DNA of 54,810 nucleotides, filler included, from Circinaria calcarea (GCA_051942165.1; 3 parts of 3 records of this genome joined end to end with filler, not necessarily neighbours in it), one strand, 5' to 3'. Numbered from the whole stretch's first letter, positions 11,665 through 23,412 are shown. Numbers and translations are program-made. The notes: a model not told the origin generated them from the sequence alone.

Positions 11665-12946
11665 TTTTGTTTTTTGTTAGATTAGATATTACTTATCTAC
11701 ATTTAAATAGAAAAACACTATGTTATCATAAGTAATATGTTGGGGGGTAAATATTTATAATATTACTAACACGATATGTTTTCCGCGAACTTTTTAATAG
11801 TGCACTATTTAACTGGCACATTACCACAATAAAAGTAAAGAGCATATTTAACTTTTTATCTCTTAAATTTCACCCTTAGTTTTTATCTAAACTCTTATTT
11901 TATATGAGATCTTTATGCATAAATGATCGCATTAGCTTGTTTAGTCTTCAGACTAAACAAGCCACAACTAGTTTCTTTTACTCTAGATATTTCATCAAAT
12001 TGCTTTTTGATTAGAGGTTATTATATTTTTTTTTATTTTTTTTTATTATAATATTATGTATCGTAACACTAGTAGTTAGTAGTAACAACTGTAAATTATA
12101 ATAAACTTGATCCAGGATCTAAACCTATTTATAAGCCTCTAAATACTTATAGAGATCTAATTCATAGACAAATATGGGTACGTTTTTATGTACATATGCA
12201 TATGGGTAGATGTTGCACTTGTTTTATGCCTTATAAACGTGATGAATATTGAGCATTTCATTGAATAGTTGAAGGATGTAATGCTACAACTCATATAGCT
12301 TATCCTCATAGTACACCGATTAGCCCTAATTTCGTACCTAGACCTAAGCTATAAAAACTAAAAAAAAAAAAATAAAAAAAAAAAATAAGTTTTCTTCCTA
12401 TTACTCTTCCTCTTCCTCTTCTTCTTCCTCTTCCCTCATCATAGTTTTTATTTAACAAAAAACTATGATGACCGGACGAGAGTTTTCCGGGAATTTATTT
12501 AGACTTCTAAAAAAAAAATTCTCCAAATTACATTAGTGGAGTTAATTAATAACTAAAAAAAAAAATAAAATTTAGTTATTAATTTATGACAAGATTCTAC
12601 AGAGATCTACATCCCTTCGTCCAATAGACGTTGTGATAAGGACAGTAGAGTTAATAAAGATAATATTGACAACAGTCGAGATCAATTAAGATTTAATCGT
12701 GACAATCTTGATATTCGCGGCAATTATATTGGTAATGGTTATGTACTGAGGATTGATCCTCCCACTTTTTATTTTGGAAAGTAAAAAGAAAAGGAAAAGG
12801 AAGGAGGGAGTGTAAATCCCTCCTCTCCTCTGAGGTTCGATTCCTCTAGATCTATCACTTATGGTTTAAGTGATATTAAACTCTTAAAGGCTTTTGGAAG
12901 ACTTTTAAGATCTCTTTTTTTGTTATTAAAAAAGAGAACATATTCA

Positions 12947-13468
12947 ATGAATGTATTTAAAAAAATAAATAAAAAAAAAATTTTTAAAATGTATATAAAC
13001 TTATATTCAAAATTATCCAGTCGTTTCGATAAATTAACTTCTTCCTTTACTAATATCAATAGCAATACTGATATGGATCTTACAGTACTAGTGGGGTTTT
13101 TTTTATTATTAGTAGCTTGTGTTTTACTTATCATTGTAGGCGTACTTTGAATAGTGGCTTCTACTAATAAACAAGAAGAAACGTCAGTATTGGAATCACG
13201 TCCTCAACATATTGTTATGAATCCTCGTAGAAGAAGACCTAGATGTGTAAAACACAACTGAATGGATTGTACTCTATCTGAGTTTGATAATGAGGATTTT
13301 AATTTCTCGAATATTTTGCAGTGTAATAATAGTAGATGTGTTCACTCTTTTGTAGAGCCTAGGGAAAAGCCTACTTTTAAAAATACTGATAACTTTCAAA
13401 GATGTATTAATCTAGACTGTAACAAGTTACGTTGTGCAACTTGTAAAAGGTATAACGTAAATACCTAA
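12947..13468 (+). CDS. Hypothetical 173-aa protein: one transmembrane helix plus a Cys/His-rich domain
   Basis: Track ORFs 12920-13150 and 13262-13468 are joined by TGA=Trp. TM segment VLVGFFLLLVACVLLIIVGVLWIVA; C-terminal domain with 8 Cys and 2 His. Start codon uncertain. Confidence 0.7.
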
Positions 13469-13700
13469 AAAAGGTATTATTTAAAAGTCTCTAGTTTAAC
13501 ATATATACTTTTTTATTTGTCTATTTAGACAAATAAAAATATAAACTAGGGTAGTGTTATGTTACTAATAACATGATACTAAGAACATTTTCACCAGAAA
13601 AGCTTTTAAGTTGTATCAAATAACTGATCTATAGGTCAGGAGTCCGTATATGCTACTATTCACAGCATAGTTATAAATGGTTCGTTTCGGTTATAATATT

Positions 13701-13800
13701 ATGACTTCAGTTTTTTTTTTTCTTCTTAGGTTTAATTCCTTTAGCCTTTGTTATAGCTTTTTCTGCTTTAGCATTAGGTGTTGCATCAAGTGTGGCTTAA
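13701..13800 (+). pseudogene. atp9: Probable degenerate atp9 remnant
   Basis: ATG-A-CTT-CAG (MLQ with one extra base), then GLIPLAFVIAFSALALGVASSVA*, resembling Atp9 GLIGAGVGIGVVFGALILGVARNP...VA*. Located between nad3 and nad4L. Confidence 0.5.
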
Positions 13801-14000
13801 CACGTTGTGTTTCTTGCCATTATCTTATTAAAATTAACTATCTTAATAAATAAAAAAAATATTTTTTTTTTATTAAGGAGGTTAAAGGTGTAAAGGTGGA
13901 GGGTAAAGATATTTACTCTAAAGATCTAGTTAGTTTTGGGGCTTACTTATAAGCCCAATAAGGGTTACACGTTATTAAATAAAACATAAACATAAAAAAA

Positions 14001-14270
14001 ATGAATTTATCACTAATACTTTTTTTAATAGGAATCTTAGGATTCGTTTTAAATAGAAAAAATATAATTTTAATGCTTATTTCAATTGAAATAATGCTTT
14101 TGGCTATTACGTTTTTAATCTTGGTAAGTTCACTTAGCTTTGATGATATATTAGGTCAAACATATGCTATCTATGTTATAGCAATAGCTGGAGCTGAATC
14201 TGCGATAGGTTTAGGTATCTTAGTAGCTTTTTATAGATTAAGAGGTAGTGTTGCAATAGAATATAAATAA
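14001..14270 (+). CDS. nad4L: NADH dehydrogenase subunit 4L
   Basis: [33 protein letters not shown]...[25 protein letters not shown] overlap with nad5. Confidence 0.98.
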   Translation: MNLSLILFLIGILGFVLNRKNIILMLISIEIMLLAITFLILVSSLSFDDILGQTYAIYVIAIAGAESAIGLGILVAFYRLRGSVAIEYK

Positions 14271-17200
14271 TGTATCTAGCCATAATAGTTTTACCATTAC
14301 TAGGATCAATAGTTTCCGGCTTTTTTGGTAGAAAAGTCGGAGTTACAGGAGCACAATTAATAACATCTTTATCCGTTATTGTAACTACATTGTTGGCTTC
14401 CATTGCCTTTTTCGAAGTTGGTTTAAATAACATCCCTGTATCTTTAGAATTATTCAGATGAATTGATTCTGAGTCACTAAATGTGTCATGAGGTTTTCAT
14501 TTTGACTCTCTAACAGTATCTATGTTAATACCCGTATTAATAGTTTCTTCTTTAGTACATATATACTCCATAGGATATATGAGCCAAGATCCACATAATC
14601 AAAGATTTTTTAGCTATTTAAGTTTATTCACTTTCATGATGATTGTTCTAGTAACAGCTGATAACTTTTTATTAATGTTTGTAGGTTGAGAAGGTGTTGG
14701 AATATGTTCATATCTTTTAGTAAGTTTCTGATTTACTAGAATAGCTGCAAATCAAAGTTCCATCTCTGCCTTTTTAACTAACAGAGTGGGGGATTGCTTT
14801 TTAACTATTGGTATGTTTGCTATATTGTGATCCTTTGGTAATGTAGACTATAGTACTGTGTTTTCACTCGCTCCTTATGTTAGTGAAAATATTGTTACTA
14901 TTATAGGTATTTGCCTTTTAATTGGTGCTATGGCTAAAAGTTCTCAAGTTGGATTACATGTTTGGTTACCTATGGCTATGGAAGGTTGGTGTAACCGGGC
15001 TTTCCTTAAACTTCACTATATGCGGGAACATCCTGTTTTAATTCTTGGTCCACTCAAGAGATATTTCTTGCTCGGAAAAATTCAAGAAGAGGGACAATCC
15101 GCAGGAAACTTAACCTCTACAGGTTTAGGTTCCTCAGAGACTACACGTGAAGCATTTAGATTAAAATATATTAATTATTAATCCTTATTTATAGGGTTTG
15201 TGTAAGTATATGAATGATTTGTCATAAATAAAGACGGATATTTATAATTTAAAGTTAAAACTACCAGCTTATATGCTCAAGTTTTATTTTATATTAAAAA
15301 AACTTAGGTTTTGGTGTTGTAAGAATACAAGACAAAAATAATAATCTTATTTGTTTTAGAGTAAGAGATAAAAACGGGTATTTAAAAAGAATATCAGTAT
15401 TTAATGGCAATATCTTTTTAGATGAAAGAAAAAAGCAATTTAGATTGTTTTTAACTGCATATAATAAAATATATAAAGAAAACATTCTATATCTGGATAA
15501 CAATAGCAAACCAGATCTATCTAATTTTTGGCTTTATGGATTTACTGACGCAAAAGGTTGTTTTACTTGTTCAATTACTTTTTTTAAAAAATACAAGCAT
15601 ATAAGCAAGGGATTAGTGAGATTAAGATATATATTATCCCCCAAGATAATTATCATCCTCTTAAATATCTGGCTTACATGTTAAATGGTAAAATACATTA
15701 TATTAAAAGCTATGAAGGTTATAATGTAACAGTTAATACAAGTAAATTATCACGAATTATTAAATATTTTAATCTTCATTCTTATAAACTCCAAAGTCTA
15801 TAGTATACTATAAAATAAATAAAATGTATATGTTAGTGGTAGACAAAACCCATTTAACCTTTGAAGGATTTAATCTAATTAAAAGATATAAGAAAAATCT
15901 AAATAGATTAGATAAAAGAATCTAATATAATTATAATATAAATGAAGATATAGTCCGAACAGTTATTAAAGTAGCTGAGTGTTTTTAATTAATATATATA
16001 TATTAAAAACCAACAGATTTGCCTACACCTGTTTCTGCACTGATACATGCTGCTACAATGGTAACCGCAGGTGTATATTTATTGATGCGTACATCTCCTT
16101 TAATAGAATATAGTTCAACAGTTTTAATCTTATGTTTATGAATAGGAGCTATTACTACAGTATTTAGTTCTCTTATTGGCCTATTCCAACAAGATATTAA
16201 AAAGGTTATAGCCTATTCCACTATGAGTCAATTGGCTCGAGTATATAATTATGTATTAATTATATACAGGCATCAAGCTATATGCGTAGAAGTTATATGT
16301 AAAAATATAATCAATTCGCAGATAACCAAAGCTCATGGTTATATTTATAACCATATTAGTATTAATCTTTTTAATTCATCTCTCACACTCATGTGACAGT
16401 ACTTTTATATTATGTTACATATAATTATGTCAGTAAGATGAAAGATTAATATTATAAGTAAGTTAGTAGGAATCTCAGAGGCCATACGCTTGATATTAAT
16501 CTATTTAAACTATAATATACTATTAGGTTTATATATGTTTAAATCTATTCATTTATTTATTTCAAAAATATCTCTAAAATATTCATATAGTACTTATAAT
16601 CATAATATAAAAAAGACGATAGATAATCCATTTAATGAATGGTTATCCGGATTAATAGATGGAGATGGTTATTTTATATTAACAAAAAAAGGGTATGCTA
16701 GCTGTGAAATAACTATGGATATTCGAGACAAAAAAGCTTTATATGAAATAAAACAAAAATTCGGCGGTTCTATAAAAACAGTTGCAAATGCTAATGCTTT
16801 AAGATACAAATTAAGACACAAAAAAGGCTTAATTTCTTTAATAAATAATATAAACGGTAATATTAGAAACCCTATAAGATTATTACAAATGAATAAATTA
16901 TGTGTTAAATATGGAATAGAATTGAAATATTCTAATTGTTTAACATTTAATAACGGATGATTAAGTGGGTTTATTGATAGTGACGGTTCAATATATTATA
17001 ATGAAAAATCAGGTCAAGTGTATTTAAGTATAACCCAAAAAAATAAATATCTGTTAGAACCTTTTATAAAATTATATGGTGGAAGAATAGATATTCTTAG
17101 TCCTAAAGTAGAAGCATTTAAATACATTATTTATAGAAAGTCTGAACTATTTTATCTTATTGATAAATATTTTATAAACTATCCTTTGAAAACAGAAAAA

Positions 17201-18310
17201 ATGAAAAGGTTAAATTTAATAAAGCAATTTTATTCTGTAAGGATTAACACACAAAGTAAAGATATAAATAAACTTAATGAATGAATAGCATTTAAACATA
17301 AATGAGATATATACAAAGATTAATAAAGAAATGGTCCAAATATTTTAATAATATTGCTAAATTTTAGAAAAAAAGCTTATTCCTTATATTTAGCTATCTT
17401 AATTCACTTTTATTCAATGCTATTAGATAGTAAGTTACTTGCATCGTCTAACACTTCTGAAGGTTCATATAAGAATAAACCATCCATTTACGAAGAAGAA
17501 ATGGATGAAAAAAGAACTAGCCTCTTAACAAAGGAGGAACTAGAGGATGAAAGATACCTATATCCAGAAGAAGACGAGGAGACTATAAAAAAAAACAAAT
17601 AAATGATAGATAAGCATAATGAAAGAATAAAAAAAGAGGAAGCTTGAGATCCAGAGGGGCATTATAATGTTCCTACTGCTAAGAGGCGTGAAGTAAGGGA
17701 TCCAACTTTTTTAGATGACGACTCTGTAAAAGGTAGTATAGATGACAGGAAGGATAGGGGTAAATTAGGTGAGTTAGTTGTTAAAAATAGATCTAAAAAA
17801 TCTTTTTATACAGCAAGCTCTGAGGAAACAATTAAAGGACGATCAAATGACGATTCAGCATATGATATACCTGATATTGATTTGGATGATTTCTAAATAG
17901 TTTTCATCTATTACCTTATACTGACTTTAATGATTTTGGAGTTGTTTTCTATATGGATAAACTAGTAATCCAAATTCTCAATTATGTGCTAAAATATAAG
18001 CTTTTATCTCTAAATAATAATGTTAAAATATTGCAATTAGGAATGATGGTTATAGCAGTAGGTTTATCATCTTATAACATTGCTTTATTTCATCTTGTTA
18101 ATCACGCCTTTTATAAAGGACTTTTATTCTTAGGTGCAGGTGCGGTAATTCACGCAGTTTCGGATAACCAAGATTTCAGAAAATATGGAGGATTAAGACC
18201 ATTTTTACCTTTAACTTATTCAGTTATGCTAATAGCTTCTCTTAGCTTAGTAGCTTTCCCGTTCATGACAGGATTCTATAGTAAAGACTTTATATTAGAA
18301 TCTGCTTATG
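14270..18310 (+). CDS. nad5: NADH dehydrogenase subunit 5, 5' 400 codons; exons 14270-14986, 16022-16228, 18034-18310
   Basis: [71 protein letters not shown]. The normal 3' third is absent from this contig. Confidence 0.96.
14987..16021 (+). mobile_element. Group I intron after nad5 nt 717, with a degenerate LAGLIDADG ORF
   Basis: Exon ends in T and intron ends in G. Core motifs AATCCGCAGG, TCAGAGACTACA, AAGATATAGTCC. Eroded endonuclease motifs (FIGFV*..., [12 protein letters not shown]) with stops and frameshifts. Confidence 0.92.
16229..17323 (+). CDS. Intact double-motif LAGLIDADG homing endonuclease/maturase, in frame with nad5 exon 2
   Basis: Open from the splice site to TAA 17321-17323 with TGA=Trp. 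Motifs [13 protein letters not shown] and [13 protein letters not shown]. Confidence 0.92.
16229..18033 (+). mobile_element. Group I intron (IB-like) after nad5 nt 924
   Basis: Exon ends AGT and intron ends TTG before CAATTAGGAATG. Core motifs TTCGCAGATAACC, ATCTCAGAGGCCATACG, AAAGAAATGGTCC. Confidence 0.92.
18170..18310 (+). repeat. Terminal direct repeat, copy 2
   Basis: Identical to 1-141. Confidence 0.97.
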
Positions 18311-18410
18311 NNNNNNNNNNNNNNNNNNNNNNNNNNNNNNNNNNNNNNNNNNNNTTAATTAATTAANNNNNNNNNNNNNNNNNNNNNNNNNNNNNNNNNN
18401 NNNNNNNNNN
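18311..18410. other. Artificial contig linker
   Basis: N-run + TTAATTAATTAA (stops in all six frames) + N-run. Confidence 0.98.
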
Positions 18411-18631
18411 TAATAGAAATAATTATGTAGCGGGCGCACGTTAAAATAAATTTATATATTCCACATATAAATTGCGCTGCCAAATTCGTTCGTATATTTC
18501 TTTATTTTTATATATTAATGCGCATTAAAATTCGCATTTAAAATAATATTAATTAAATACGGTATAATCCTGTTCCTCTATTTGCTGTTTAATTAATATT
18601 ATGAATAAGAAAGCCTCCTTCCTAGTCCAAC

Positions 18632-19960
18632 CTAGTCCAATTCGATTGCATCGAATTGCGATTCGCCCGTCTTTCTTCCTGCATGCCGCTGTTCCTTTCT
18701 TTGTTTCCTTGCCGTCTCCTTTTTCTTTTTCTCCGCTGCCTTCGCCGTAGCTGTTATTACCGCCTGTTCCTGCTGCGATGTTTCGTTCCTCGTCGGCTTT
18801 CGAATACACCCGCTGCTCGTTGGTGGAAGACTTGAGGGTGAAGATCGGAGGAGCTCTTCCAGTTCATCGCTAGAAGAGGAAGAGCTTGGATCATACTCCT
18901 TAATAGAATAAAAGGAGGTGGAGGGGTCGGGCATACTTAAGCTGGGTAGGATGACTGCTCGTGGCTGGCTCGAGCGGATGACGAGAGGGGTGAAAAGGGA
19001 AAGGAAAACGTGCTGCTCCCTATCTTGGGCGCCGCCGATAATGATGCAGTCTTGCGTCTTATTGTCGTTGGTGGCGCCCAAGGTAGGAAGCAGCAAGCGG
19101 AGCTTGTTGGTGTTGAAGATAACGTCCGTCTGCATCATGAACCCGCTAAACCTTCTTGCTATAGTGATTTGAGCGGAGGAACAGAAGAAGATCTGTTCCA
19201 TAACCCTCCCGATTGCGACCGTGCCGTCGCTGCTCCAGATCGTTTTGATCAGGGGTCTAACATGGAAGCCTAAGGCTTCCAGCCGAGCTTGTAAGTCTTT
19301 TGCTTGTTCGATTTTTGTTTTGCCCTCCTTATTTTGCTTTCTAATAAGGTTGTAGTAGTCCTTCCTGTCCGTGTCGTGTACACCGGATACTCGCAAGATT
19401 GCGCCGCTGTTTCCGTGCGAGACTCCCGCTGTTCTGTGGATGGTTGCCAGCCTGGTAGCCTCTTCTGCACCGGGCCTACGACTGCGGAGGACTAAATCGA
19501 GGAAGGGATCCGGGTTGAGAGGGTGGTTGTGAGTAAGGTTAGTGGATTTAACCCGCCATTGCGACTCCCCTTTCCATTAACTAATTCTGATAGAATAGGG
19601 ACAGTCTGTTTTGCGGACTAAACTGCTACGGACTATCCCGTCCTTATTCTTCGCTCTGTCTTCGTCTGCTAACTTCCTCTAGTTCTTCATTTCCGCTCCG
19701 TGCCGCCGGCACTTCATAATAAAGACGCCTGTGGTCCCCGCTCCGCTCTGCTTGACAAGCGGGAAGCCCTGGCTAAAGGCATAGCTCTTTAGCCGTATTT
19801 CGACGGCGTCTTGAGTGGCGAAGCGCTTCTGGACGGTAGGAGGGCGAAGGTATGCTGGCGGGAGGGCCTCAACGGCTGCAAGAAAATCGTTGAGGTATAT
19901 TGAATCCACCCAGCTAGTATCCGGGGTCGTTAAATTAATTAAAAGGGTGGAATCATCCAT
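18632..19960 (-). mobile_element. Mutator-like (MULE) transposase remnant, internally deleted
   Basis: FAR1-like N-terminus (RLKSYAFSQGFPLVK...KCRRHG) and start of the MULE catalytic domain (IFFCS...MQTDVIFNTNKLRL...GATNDNKT), followed abruptly by a low-complexity acidic/basic tail. Confidence 0.75.
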
Positions 19961-21006
19961 ATTTCAATATACTAATAGTATTCAATTGATGTCTATTCAG
20001 ATATCTATGAAAATTGAGTGATCGTAAAAAGAAATTTTTTTTCTGTAGCCACTACCTCTAAATACCCTTGCTGGCTTCATAATTTTATAAATTTCTATTG
20101 GTTGATGCAATTTTGGTGGGGTTTACTAATAAATTCTATCGTAATCGAGCATTTCGGATAATTCTTAAGCATAATTAGGATTTTAACGCTACTAGTAATA
20201 AAAATTTTATTTACATATTATATACCGGACGACCCCCCCCCGGAAAGCTTGGCGACCTCCCCTGAGACCCGGGGCTCCTAGCGCTTTGCAACGTACTCAT
20301 CAAAAAGGCACAGACTCGAAAGTCTATCCTGCTTACGCTGGGGAAGAGACCTCGAAAGGTCTCATCACTTCGGAAGGCTTGCGTGCGAAGTGGCTTATAT
20401 ATGAATTTCCCAACATAACGAATTTCTCACACAACGAAAAGGGGATACAGGCTTCCGACTTTCTAGCACCGTGCAAAGATGCTTCCATTCAATATCTTTA
20501 CGGATACAATTAAGCTCGCTGTTGCAGACGATGCCTTACAGCGGCCCTAGAACAGTGCCTGTTATTTATTACGAATCGCTTGGCCGAGTGGTAGTGGTTT
20601 ATATATCATTGGATAAGGTTGTCTGGGAATGGAAAGATATCTATAAATGAGATACAAATATTGCTCTGCCAGAGTTCACGATTACGGAAATTTTAATCCG
20701 TTAATCTCGACTTATCAACACTTAATGTGCGAAAATTTAGGCAACTGAAGCCGGGCTGAACACAGCCAGTGTAAGCCCCTATATGCTACGCCCCATCTAG
20801 TACAGGGCCATGCCCCCTCACTGCTCTCTCGTGCTCCCATATGCTCCCTGGGTGCTCCCCCGTGCGCCCTCGCTGCTCCCTCTAAAAGCGGCCCTGCTCC
20901 CTTTGCCGACCAAAAACGGCAGTCCCCAATCCTAAGTTCGGGGTGTATATAATATATATATACTCTGTCGGATACCATAGATCTAGTTTCTCCTTCTCAT
21001 AATCGA

Positions 21007-22052
21007 TCACGTCCTATCGTACTGTCCCATCAATTCCGCCCTCCGACTAGTCTCATGGACCTGTAGTTCGGCTACAGGTGCTTCTGTTTTGACCGGGTCG
21101 ACAGCTGCGCCGACTTCGCGGTTTTGTACAACAAGAGCCCTAAGCTTTTTATTCCTTGTCTTCTCTCGACTAAGTAGGTAGAGAGATAGTAGCAATGGAA
21201 GTAGCAATCCGAGCCCAACTCCTAGTCCCACCCCTACGCCCACAGTCGTGCTGTGGTTATGTGCTGCCCGCAGTTGTCCTTGGGCTGCAGCATCGGCTGA
21301 AGAACATGGTGTGTCTGTGCAATTGGCGAGAGAAGCAGAATTATCGCCGGAGGTAGAGGTTGCTGACAAGACGGATGACCTGCTAGAGCTCCCGCTACTC
21401 GTAGGCATTATACTAGCAAGGGGAGCGAAAGTGTACCCTCCGATAAATGCGGTTCCGTTTTCAACCTGGGCAAGTGAGCCAGACTTCAGACCAAACAGGG
21501 GCTCTGAAGTGCAGCAGTTTGTGGTGTTTCCGCCCGGTGAACAGCACCACTCGTTGTTGTCGCAGCGGTATAAAGTACTTTGGAAGTTGATTCTTGCTGT
21601 ATTATCAAAATAAGTCAGTTTGATTCAGCGTACCTGGTCGTCGGCTTGGCAAGAGTGCTCAATACGGAGCAATAGTGGGCAGTCTGCCTTTATGTAGACG
21701 TAAGGTGAGAGAGGATATACATACGTGATAAACAGCTCTGGAAGCACGAGCTGTCTCGCCAGGTGCTGTCAGTACAAGAACCTGTGTTTAGAGACGAGTC
21801 CCACTGGAGGAGACAAAGCCCATTGGAAAGGCATGTTGAACCTGGCTGGCAGCAATGTGTTACCGCTGCGGTCGGTCTGCATACGGTATGGCCATCATTG
21901 GGGGACGTCTCAGTACCATCCGGCCAATAGCATTTGAGCTGTGCGTTAGATGGAGGAAGACTAAGAAATCTTAAAAGGAAAGAAAAAAAGTAAGAGATTT
22001 GAAACTGGACGCATGTCCGACGGAACGAATGAAGCGGACGTAACTTCAGCAT
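21007..22052 (-). CDS. Type I membrane protein with Cys-rich ectodomain and Ser/Thr stalk (Mid2-like architecture); intron 21597-21724
   Basis: CYWPDG...CC...CLSNGLC...GSCTD.TW...C. A GTATGT..CTGAC..CAG intron restores frame into LYRCDNNEWCC. TM segment VGVGVGLGVGLGLLLPLLLSLYLL. Start uncertain. Confidence 0.82.
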
Positions 22053-23412
22053 TCTAGCTACTAAGGCTGTTCTGATTGAGATACTCGAGTGTAGACAAGA
22101 GGAGAAGGCTTGTTCCTCTTATTGCAATTCTTCGCGAATTTCAAGCCATCTGCAGCCCTCAACGCCATGACAATATATATTTATAGCAGAGCGGGGTAGC
22201 TCCCATAGTGATCATGGCGAAGGAGCTGCGGCAGAATATGCAGGAAACTAATCGTGGAAACCAATCAGCTCTCTTGTAAGATCGCTTGGCTTAAAATTGA
22301 GGGCTAATTTTATAAGTTGTGGCTTAGAATACAAAGTAGGCAAGGAGTCCGCAGCTCTTCCACCAATTATAGAATCAGCCCTCGGATATCTCCCGGTGTT
22401 GTACTGTACTCGATCTACCCAGTGCGGCAAACATTATGATAAGATGACGAGTGAATCAGATTATTGAGTATTAAGTCAAGGATAAGCTAGTCGAGGTGGA
22501 GGAGGCCCTAAATAAAGCAAAGCTATAATGATCTCGACTCTGCATTCTTTTACTATAATAAGGACTGAGTTGACTTGATTGGCTAGTTATTTTAAGAATT
22601 GACTATTAAAATATTTCAGCGTAGAAACATCGCTACAGCAAGACAAGAGACTGATTGAAGATCCGGGAGATGCTTGGATTGAAGACCGTCTATCGCAGAT
22701 CTGACGATACAGCAATCCCGCCGCAGAGCCAAAACGAATTCATCGTACTAAGCGATCTAAGTATGCACCCAATGATTCGGAGTAGTACAACTTCGTGCTT
22801 CGCCACAGCTGTCTCTTCGGCTACTAATTTGACAAAACCCAAGCTTTAGCGACCGGTCGTCCTTGGAGTCTTTCGAATACCAGATAAACCTAAGGATTCC
22901 AGGTAAAGTCCAGGATGAGCCTAACTTAATAATAGCTAAATAGATGCTGGCTGGCGACCATGGCATCTGCGCTTTAGAATAATTATACTGCGTAAAAGAA
23001 AGCAGTTCTGGTAGTATAATACAAATATAGTATAGAAGCTGGCCGCGCGTAAAATCAAGTAAGGAATTTAAAATTTAGTAACTTAAAGTAGCTAAATATA
23101 AATTACTGCATAAGTACGTCACGTTAAGCGCCTTACCTATATAATATTTACTATACAGTATTTTTTATTCACTGGCTAATAAAAATATCCCGTTGGTCTG
23201 AGGGGCGAGCGAGGCTGTTTAACGGAAATACGGAGTGGTCCAGGTTTCTGCTATTCTAATACTTTCTTTTTTATAATATTTTTAAAAATCGTATTGCAGT
23301 TCTTAATTAGCAGACGCTTGAAGATTTTAATGATAGGCCTTTTTTAAATTTATATTATTATCACGATATACTCGCACGATTACGAGACAGCATACGCGCC
23401 GCCGTCGCTGAA

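Larger units (their letters stand above)
1..18310. other. Fungal mitochondrial contig (genetic code 4, TGA=Trp), assembled as a loop
   Basis: Very AT-rich. nad2, nad3, nad4L and nad5 are continuous only if TGA=Trp. Group I introns are present and the two ends are identical over 141 bp. Confidence 0.97.

Noticed and set aside
12832..12854. tRNA suggested by the T-arm-like GAGGTTCGATTCCTC
   Set aside because: I could not build matching acceptor, D and anticodon arms; at most a remnant.
5275..17323. Apparently fragmented or pseudogenised nad2, nad5 and LAGLIDADG ORFs in the track
   Set aside because: The breaks are TGA codons, which encode Trp in fungal mitochondria, or group I intron boundaries.
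22400..23350. Possible degenerate repeat or pseudogene upstream of the LINE
   Set aside because: TA-rich and eroded-looking, but I recognised no protein motif or element termini.
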